From a virus: DNA of 64,000 nt. Shown in pieces: positions 57,510 to 64,000 of this stretch. Below the pieces are notes generated by a model. That model worked only from the letters and a program-made list of their open reading frames with translations, did no database searches and was not told the origin of the DNA. Each line of letters begins with the position of its first letter. Within the stretch, counting starts at the first letter, position 1. The stretch is taken from IMG/VR virus record IMGVR_UViG_3300017708_002392, positions 5,943 through 69,942 of that record, one strand, 5' to 3'. Both the position numbers and the translations under genes were made by a program.

Positions 57510-59054
57510 ATGGACTTATCAGCAGTAGCATCAGACCTATTTGACGAGATTAAATCACGCTATACCAACCTCACACTTGGGGATGATACAGCACAAGTTA
57601 CCACTGATCCTCAATTAGCTCGTTTTTTCAAGTTCAATTTCAATGGCAATGCAATTAGTATAGCAGTTGATGAAACTGAATTACGTTTGATCTACAACAG
57701 AGATATCACTGATATGCTTGATGAAGAACAAGAATCAGATTGGTATAATTTTTGCAGAACCATGCGTGAATTTGCTGTGACACACAATTTAGGATTCAAA
57801 CCACAAGACATAGAAAAATTAGATCTCGAACAAGGGGATTTTGAATTCATGTCGCAAGTAAATACAGTTAAGGAAAGCAAAATGCACGGAACAAGTAAAA
57901 CATCATACGACAAACTAGACAAAACTAAGATGATCGTACGTCATTCTAAAAAAGTTGACGAAGATGTACCTGGTGCAAGGTCAAGAAACATATCAGCAAT
58001 TTTTATTGAGAACGCACAAGGAGAAAGATTCCGTTTTCCATACAATTATCTAGCAGGTGCTAGAGCAATGATGATGCATGTTGCCAAAGGTGGCAATCCA
58101 TATGATGCAGTAGGTGAATCGATTGTAAGCAAAGTTGATGAAATTGCTCAACTTAAGAAATTTTCAAACTATGCTGTGAGACAAGGACTTGTAGATGAAA
58201 CTACTTTGCCATATGTTGAAGCGGCAACAGACAAAATTAAAGAAGCAAAGAAAACATTACACAGATTGTCGAAAGAAACTGCATATGAACAAGCAGTTGA
58301 AAGTCTAAATGCACAAGAAAATGATCTACAGGAAGATGATATTAATGATTTGAAAAAAATGTTCACTAAAGAAACATTTGATGAAGATATTGTAGATGCA
58401 TTTAAATTTTTGCCAGTGAATGAATTCAAAAAAGACGATGATGAAAAAGAAATAGACTTTAAAGCAATGACAGGCACAGCAATGAGAACAGCTCCATATG
58501 TAAACAAATGGCTTTCGAATCCTGAAAACGCATTGATATTGAAAAAAGATGATTCATATGATAAACTTCAGAACAATCTAAGAAGTCAGATGAAAGACAC
58601 TGAACAAAAACTTGCCGCTGTGATGCGTGATATTGCAACAAGATTTTTGTCAGCTGATCCACAAGATGATGAAGTGGCAAACTTTGCCTCAGATATGGAA
58701 ACAAAACTTGCGGCAGCTGGAGAATTATTCAACAAACAAGATCCTAACATGAAAACACTTAAAGGTGTTGCTATGCAGTTGGCAAACAGATATCTACAAG
58801 ATATGAAAAAGATACAACAAGACGCAGAATACAAAGACGAAGTAAGAAAATCGCCAGAAGATGTCAAAGCATTTAAAAATATTAAAGGTAAAGACATAGA
58901 AAAAGGCAAACTTACAAAACAATACAAAAGAAAATACAAAGACGAATCATCACAGTTTGAAGCATGGTTAGACACAAAAGTTGCTGAAATGGAAGTTGCT
59001 TTAGAGTCAGATGAAATTGTCAAATCAGAATATCAAGATCCCTACACAGTTTAA
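57510..59054 (+). CDS. conserved late/virion protein
   Basis: ES.M.GT.KTSY...RSRNISAIFIENAQGERFRFPY..L.GARAM..HV..GG.PYD; TAAATA 5 nt upstream. Confidence 0.75.
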   Translation: MDLSAVASDLFDEIKSRYTNLTLGDDTAQVTTDPQLARFFKFNFNGNAISIAVDETELRLIYNRDITDMLDEEQESDWYNFCRTMREFAVTHNLGFKPQDIEKLDLEQGDFEFMSQVNTVKESKMHGTSKTSYDKLDKTKMIVRHSKKVDEDVPGARSRNISAIFIENAQGERFRFPYNYLAGARAMMMHVAKGGNPYDAVGESIVSKVDEIAQLKKFSNYAVRQGLVDETTLPYVEAATDKIKEAKKTLHRLSKETAYEQAVESLNAQENDLQEDDINDLKKMFTKETFDEDIVDAFKFLPVNEFKKDDDEKEIDFKAMTGTAMRTAPYVNKWLSNPENALILKKDDSYDKLQNNLRSQMKDTEQKLAAVMRDIATRFLSADPQDDEVANFASDMETKLAAAGELFNKQDPNMKTLKGVAMQLANRYLQDMKKIQQDAEYKDEVRKSPEDVKAFKNIKGKDIEKGKLTKQYKRKYKDESSQFEAWLDTKVAEMEVALESDEIVKSEYQDPYTV

Positions 59055-59062
59055 GTAATAAG

Positions 59063-59716
59063 ATGAACAAAGTATTATGTGCTGGTTGCAGTCACACTCG
59101 TGAATTTTATTGGGATCCTTGGCCATCTTATATTGATAATTCAGTTAACGTTGGTATTCGTGGAGCAGGACCGGACCTTATTTCCAAACGAGTAATTGTT
59201 GAACTTGCTACAAATGAATACACACATGTTATTATACAATGGCCCGATCCTAACAGATGGGATCTATACATAGAAGATAAAGATCATGCCTTTGAGGCGT
59301 TGCCTATCAGTGGAATGCAACAAAATCAAAAACGTACATTCAGCGACTTGAATGGTAATGAAGTCGACATAGACGGGTATTGCACACCTGGCAGTGAACA
59401 CAGAGGATACATGAAGACGTATTACAAACAATATTATTCACCAAAACAACATCAGATTAACTTTTGGAACTGTGTTTTAAATGTGCAGTTGTTGTGTGAG
59501 AAACTTCATATAAAATATGCATGGACCACTGTACTAGATCTTCATGAGTATGGTGATTGTCCTTTTGATTTTGTCGACCAAACAAAATTTATACAACCTA
59601 CTGGCATGCTGAATCATCTTACAAATCAAGGGTTTCATATCACCAATGATCACTTTCCTACCGAAGCACATAAAGAATGGTCAAAAATTATTAAAACAGG
59701 CTTGACTTTAGACTAA
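59063..59716 (+). CDS. SGNH-like hypothetical protein
   Basis: AGCSHT, N.G.RGAG, IIQW...RWD and DHFPTEAH. Confidence 0.6.
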   Translation: MNKVLCAGCSHTREFYWDPWPSYIDNSVNVGIRGAGPDLISKRVIVELATNEYTHVIIQWPDPNRWDLYIEDKDHAFEALPISGMQQNQKRTFSDLNGNEVDIDGYCTPGSEHRGYMKTYYKQYYSPKQHQINFWNCVLNVQLLCEKLHIKYAWTTVLDLHEYGDCPFDFVDQTKFIQPTGMLNHLTNQGFHITNDHFPTEAHKEWSKIIKTGLTLD

Positions 59717-59750
59717 AATCATATATACTTGTATGCGTAGTGATACGCAT
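59702..59750 (+). promoter_or_regulatory. ssb promoter and 5' leader hairpin
   Basis: TTGACT-16-TATACT, then ATGCGTA-gtga-TACGCAT hairpin. Confidence 0.65.
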
Positions 59751-59777
59751 TAGGCAAAAACAAAGGAGGCTTACATT

Positions 59778-60767
59778 ATGGCAACACTAGCAGAAATAAG
59801 AGCTAAATTGCAGGCTCAAACATCAAAACCTTCAGGTGAAGGCGGCGGTGACAATGCAATATACCCCCACTGGAATATAGGAGAAAACACTGAAGCAGTG
59901 GTTAGATTCCTTCCAGATTCTGATCCAAACAACACTTTTTTCTGGACTGAAAGAGCAATGATCAAATTGCCGTTCAATTCAATTAAAGGTGAACCAGGAT
60001 CATCTCCAGTACAAGTACAAGTACCTTGTATGGAAATGTATGGAGATGCTTGTCCAGTACTAGCAGAAGTTAGACAATGGTTTAAAGACAAATCATTAGA
60101 AGACATGGGTAGAAAATACTGGAAAAAACGTTCGTACATTTTCCAAGGATTTGTTGTATCTTCACCGATGCAAGAAGAGGTAACTCCGGAAAATCCAATC
60201 AGACGTTTCATTATTGGTCCACAAATATTCAACATTATTAAGAGTGCTTTGATGGATCCTGAAATGGAAGATCTACCAACTGACTACACAAGAGGTGTTG
60301 ACTTTAGAATTAACAAAACTACCAAAGGTGGTTATGCTGATTATTCAACATCAAAATGGTCAAGAAAAACTTCACCACTCACAGCAGAACAACAATCTGC
60401 AATAGACACAAATGGTTTACACAACCTTGGTGACTATCTACCAAAGAAACCAACTGAGGTAGAAATAAAAGTCATCGAAGAAATGTTTAGATCATCTGTA
60501 GATGGTGAAGCATATGATACTGAAAAATTTGGTCAGTATTATAGACCATATGGTGTAAAAGCACCAGCAACAAGCACACCAGCACCGGCACAAACTCCTG
60601 CACCAGCAGTAGCAGAACCTGTGACTGAAACAGTTGCTCCAGTGGTTGCACCAGAACCAGTAGCAGTAGAGACAGCACCAGTTACTCCTACAACTGAGCC
60701 TGCTCCTGAAACAGGATCGAAAGCAGAAGACATTCTTGCTATGATCAGAGCAAGACAACAAAAGTAA
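59778..60767 (+). CDS. gp32: single-stranded DNA-binding protein
   Basis: MATLAEIRAKL, VRFLPD, CME..G..CP, YWKKRSY, GGYADYSTS.W; Pro/Ala linker. Confidence 0.93.
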   Translation: MATLAEIRAKLQAQTSKPSGEGGGDNAIYPHWNIGENTEAVVRFLPDSDPNNTFFWTERAMIKLPFNSIKGEPGSSPVQVQVPCMEMYGDACPVLAEVRQWFKDKSLEDMGRKYWKKRSYIFQGFVVSSPMQEEVTPENPIRRFIIGPQIFNIIKSALMDPEMEDLPTDYTRGVDFRINKTTKGGYADYSTSKWSRKTSPLTAEQQSAIDTNGLHNLGDYLPKKPTEVEIKVIEEMFRSSVDGEAYDTEKFGQYYRPYGVKAPATSTPAPAQTPAPAVAEPVTETVAPVVAPEPVAVETAPVTPTTEPAPETGSKAEDILAMIRARQQK

Positions 60768-60775
60768 ATCAATTA

Positions 60776-60793
60776 GGGGGAGGCAACTCCCCC
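60776..60793 (+). terminator. GC hairpin after ssb
   Basis: GGGGGAG-gcaa-CTCCCCC; no U-tract, so it may be a processing or stability hairpin. Confidence 0.6.
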
Positions 60794-60794
60794 G

Positions 60795-60823
60795 TTGACA
60801 CAATGCATAAAAGTTCGTATAAT
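60795..60823 (+). promoter_or_regulatory. sigma70-type promoter of uvsX
   Basis: TTGACA-17-TATAAT, GAGGT SD. Confidence 0.8.
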
Positions 60824-60840
60824 ATATTGAAGAGGTAGAT

Positions 60841-61944
60841 ATGGTAAAACCATTTGACGTAACAAAGTTTAGAAAAAATATTACAAAAAGCATCGATGGC
60901 CTTGGCATAGGATTTAATGATCCTACAGATTGGATTTCAACAGGCAATCATGCATTAAATTATTTGATATCAGGAGATTTTTACAAAGGCATTCCGTTAG
61001 GAAAAGTAACAGTGTTTGCAGGAGAATCTGGTTCTGGAAAATCTTATATTTGTTCAGGTAACATTATAAGGGAAGCACAAAAACAAGATATATTTGTTAT
61101 TCTAGTAGATTCGGAAAATGCACTTGATGAAGCATGGTTAAAAGCAGTAGGTGTTGATACATCAGAAGAAAAACTGTTAAGACTAGGAATGAGCATGATT
61201 GATGATGTTGCAAAAACAATATCTAATTTTGTTAAAGAGTACAGAGCAGATTATGGCGACAAAGATCCAGCAGACAGACCAAAAGTACTATTTGTTTTAG
61301 ATTCACTAGGCATGATGATGACTCCTACAGATGTTGATCAATTCAACAAAGGTGACATGAAAGGTGACTTAGGTCGTAAGCCTAAAGCATTAACGGCACT
61401 GGTAAGAAACTGTGTTAATATGTTTGGTACATTAAATGTTGGAATGGTTGCAACTAACCATACGTATGCATCACAAGATATGTTTGATCCTGATGACAAA
61501 ATATCGGGTGGGCAAGGATTTGTGTATGCATCAAGCATTGTTGTAGCAATGAAAAAATTAAAACTAAAAGAAGATGAAGCAGGCAATAAAATTACAGATG
61601 TAAGAGGTATTAGAGCGGCCTGTAAAGTTATGAAAACAAGATTTGCAAAGCCTTTTGAAGGGGTGCAAGTCAAGATTCCATATGAAACAGGCATGGATCC
61701 TTATTCAGGACTTGTTGATCTGTTTGAAAAGAAAGGCCTAATTACACAACAAGGCAACAGATTGAAATATATAACTGCAGATGGTAAAGAAGTTCTTGAT
61801 TACAGGAAGGCTTGGACCGGCGAGAAACTAGATATTGTCATGCAAGAGGTAAGTAACCAAGTTGCTATCATTGATGATGCAGAAACAAACGATTTAGAAG
61901 AGGCAGTAGAAACACAACAAGATGGAGATTCAGATGCTAATTGA
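60841..61944 (+). CDS. uvsX: RecA-like recombinase UvsX
   Basis: AGESGSGKS, DSENALD, LDSLG, TNHTY, SGGQGF.YASS, K.MKTR. Confidence 0.95.
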   Translation: MVKPFDVTKFRKNITKSIDGLGIGFNDPTDWISTGNHALNYLISGDFYKGIPLGKVTVFAGESGSGKSYICSGNIIREAQKQDIFVILVDSENALDEAWLKAVGVDTSEEKLLRLGMSMIDDVAKTISNFVKEYRADYGDKDPADRPKVLFVLDSLGMMMTPTDVDQFNKGDMKGDLGRKPKALTALVRNCVNMFGTLNVGMVATNHTYASQDMFDPDDKISGGQGFVYASSIVVAMKKLKLKEDEAGNKITDVRGIRAACKVMKTRFAKPFEGVQVKIPYETGMDPYSGLVDLFEKKGLITQQGNRLKYITADGKEVLDYRKAWTGEKLDIVMQEVSNQVAIIDDAETNDLEEAVETQQDGDSDAN

Positions 61945-62176
61945 TATGTGGGGCCTTATGAAGGCATATGTCAGTGTGAAAGAAAGAGACATCGTGGCTA
62001 CTAAATTTGTTGATATTGCTTTAGACAACGGAGTATCAGACAGTGAACTGCAAGAACTAATTGGCATGGACGATGAATTGGATGAAGCAGTGAGAGAAAT
62101 TCTTTCAGATGATGAGGATCAAGCAGATTACGATTACAGCGATGATTACGCCGGCGAAATATCAGATGATTATTAA
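61922..62176 (+). CDS. small acidic hypothetical protein
   Basis: 84 aa between uvsX and uvsY, overlapping both. Confidence 0.7.
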   Translation: MEIQMLIDMWGLMKAYVSVKERDIVATKFVDIALDNGVSDSELQELIGMDDELDEAVREILSDDEDQADYDYSDDYAGEISDDY

Positions 62177-62634
62177 TGGCAAATTGGTTTTCCATAGTCA
62201 GTTCAGACATCTCTAAGATACCAGACGCAATCTTACATTATGAAGCAGAGTTAGACAAAGCGGCTGTTGAAGTAAAACTTCACGGCAATTTAGAAAAACA
62301 ATCTGCATCTATGCCTGGTGTTGTTGAAGAACGATTCAGACAACTTCAGGAAGTAGAAGGTATTCTTAAACATTTGGAAATACAACATCGCAGACTCAGA
62401 ACAAAACACTACAAAAAATATTTGGAAAATTATCAACGTGCTCTTACATCACGTGATGCAGAAAAATATGCAGAAGGCGAAGATGAAGTGTGTGACTATG
62501 AAGCGATAGTAAATGAATGGGCATTGTTGAGAAACAAATGGTTAGGAGTAATCAAAGCACTTGATCAAAAACAATGGCACATTACAAATATTGTTAAACT
62601 TAGAGTAGCAGGAATGGAAGATGCCAATCTATAA
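62176..62634 (+). CDS. uvsY: recombination mediator UvsY
   Basis: YLENYQRALTSRDAEKY..GE, LRNKWLG..K.LD.KQW.I.NIVKLR.AG. Confidence 0.88.
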   Translation: MANWFSIVSSDISKIPDAILHYEAELDKAAVEVKLHGNLEKQSASMPGVVEERFRQLQEVEGILKHLEIQHRRLRTKHYKKYLENYQRALTSRDAEKYAEGEDEVCDYEAIVNEWALLRNKWLGVIKALDQKQWHITNIVKLRVAGMEDANL

Positions 62635-63151
62635 AGCAGTCCATTTGGAAACAGATTTTGATTTCATATTGTCGCAAGATTATGATACACATTATGGATC
62701 TTGCATAGCACATCAAGTGCATGAATTAAAAGACATACATGATAGATTTGGCGGAATGCCTGACACTTATAATAATGATAATACACAAATAAGCCAACTG
62801 TGGTTTGAAGATGGTCAATTGGATTTTGCAGATATCAGCAAACAGTTGGATATTGATATTGTAAGTGTAAGTGCTATCAGACTCAAACCTGGCAACACTA
62901 TTCCTTTGCACAGAGACACATTTTACAAAATTAAAACACAGTATCCGGACGATGAAAGACCAAAGGTCCGAGCAAATATTAATCTAGAGGACTGGAAAAC
63001 TGGACACATCATTCAGTATGATGACAAGGTAATTACAGGCTGGAAACAAGGCAATGGTCACCTATGGGATTCAGCCATAGAACATCTTGGAGCAAACTGT
63101 GGTATGGAACCTAAATACAGTCTTCAAGTATCCGGCTTTTCTACAATTTAA
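62621..63151 (+). CDS. 2OG-Fe(II)/cupin oxygenase-like protein
   Basis: LKPGNTIPLHRD (HxD)...WKQG....W....HLGANCG...KYSLQVSG. Confidence 0.75.
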   Translation: MPIYKAVHLETDFDFILSQDYDTHYGSCIAHQVHELKDIHDRFGGMPDTYNNDNTQISQLWFEDGQLDFADISKQLDIDIVSVSAIRLKPGNTIPLHRDTFYKIKTQYPDDERPKVRANINLEDWKTGHIIQYDDKVITGWKQGNGHLWDSAIEHLGANCGMEPKYSLQVSGFSTI

Positions 63152-63352
63152 CTATAATTTATTCTGATGTTTTACAGTCAAATGTTTAAGCACTTTTCCT
63201 TTGTTCGGTCCGTTCTTAATTGTATATCCTGATGTACCGTTCCCGTTTACTTCGACAGAATTAACCAAAATATGATTCACTCTGCGTTCACGTTTTTCCT
63301 TGGCTTGGCTTCGGCTAAAACGTGACAGTACATCGTGCATTCTCTGTTTCAT
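63152..63352 (-). CDS. small basic hypothetical protein
   Basis: 66 aa; AAGGAG SD. Confidence 0.7.
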   Translation of the reverse strand: MKQRMHDVLSRFSRSQAKEKRERRVNHILVNSVEVNGNGTSGYTIKNGPNKGKVLKHLTVKHQNKL

Positions 63353-63428
63353 ACACTTCTCCTTCTTCGTTAAAACCTACTTTTAACCGATGTAGATCGA
63401 TCACTTTTTTACCATGTGAATGGTAGTT

Positions 63429-64000
63429 TTAATTATCTAAAAATTTAATACTTTTTGATAGGTTAGGATAGTGTTCTTTTGCAGGACTCATCAGATCAGC
63501 ATTATGTTCAGGCAACTGATCCAGTAACAATATGCCTAACGCACAATCTTCAGGAATCATGTTGTAGTGATATCCTGTGTGTTTGAATGTGGGTTGTGCA
63601 GTCCACGAACTAAACATTTCATCTCTACCATCATGCCGTACCAGTTTCAACCATTCATAAAGATCAATGTTGTCTGTCAGTATTGCTCCGCCCTTACCAA
63701 TTTTTAAATGTTTTTTGTGTTGAAAACTCAAACACATATCTCGGCCGTCTGTGTACATGCCTTTAGTAAGTCTTGTGGATGCATCCAATATTGAACTTTG
63801 TCCTAGTTGATATACTCCAGACCAATTCTCATCAGTCCAATCAAAATGTATTTTTAAGTTGTGCAAAGTCATTGGCACACTAACGTATGTGTTTCTGGGA
63901 CAAGTCATGTTGGAAATACATTTGATATTGTTTTGCTGGTAATATCTCAGGCATAATTCTATTGCATGAGTACTAGAATCTACCACTATACACATTGGTG
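63429..64000 (-). CDS. DegT/DnrJ/EryC1/StrS-family PLP aminotransferase (5' end outside window)
   Basis: VDSSTHAIELCL, TYVSVP, ILDAS, CLSFQHKKHL.IGKGGAILTD, R.DGR and GYHYNM. Confidence 0.88.
   Translation of the reverse strand, partial: PMCIVVDSSTHAIELCLRYYQQNNIKCISNMTCPRNTYVSVPMTLHNLKIHFDWTDENWSGVYQLGQSSILDASTRLTKGMYTDGRDMCLSFQHKKHLKIGKGGAILTDNIDLYEWLKLVRHDGRDEMFSSWTAQPTFKHTGYHYNMIPEDCALGILLLDQLPEHNADLMSPAKEHYPNLSKSIKFLDN

Noticed and set aside
1-64000. Stop-codon reassignment (alternative genetic code)
   Set aside because: Core genes are full length in code 11 and end in TAA, TAG (portal, sheath) or TGA (thyX); coding density is high.
1-64000. tRNA, rRNA, integrase or transposase genes; introns or inteins in terminase, UvsW, UvsX or ThyX
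   Set aside because: No cloverleaf/T-loop pattern seen in the few gaps, and these proteins have normal lengths with contiguous motifs. Checked by eye only.

Overview
This 64 kb window is from a large, AT-rich, T4-superfamily myovirus genome, probably marine. The ferredoxin, KdsA and peroxiredoxin look alphaproteobacterial, so a SAR11-like host is possible, but that is inference. Bases ~1-23,200 are a mostly minus-strand accessory region: thyX, a 7Fe ferredoxin, uvsW, kdsA, a peroxiredoxin, an amidinotransferase, a dense glycan synthesis/modification cluster, a stand-alone GIY-YIG gene and an aminoacyl-tRNA-protein transferase-like module. A ~335 nt non-coding, highly structured element follows. 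Bases ~23,800-59,000 are the morphogenesis core: gp26, tape measure, portal, prohead core/protease/scaffold, major capsid, three fibre-like proteins including a 1853-aa repeat protein, gp15/14/13, sheath, tube, gp4 and terminase. The window ends with ssb-uvsX-uvsY and a truncated DegT-family aminotransferase. Best leads: (1) a possible phage-encoded virion O-glycosylation system, with Kdo/Maf-type enzymes plus D-S-[S/T] motifs clustered in virion proteins; (2) a T-TTT-TTC -1 frameshift site joining gp26 to an unannotated gp51-like frame; (3) the structured non-coding element at 23,236-23,570; (4) widespread leaderless promoters. All family assignments come from motif recognition by eye; no searches were run.
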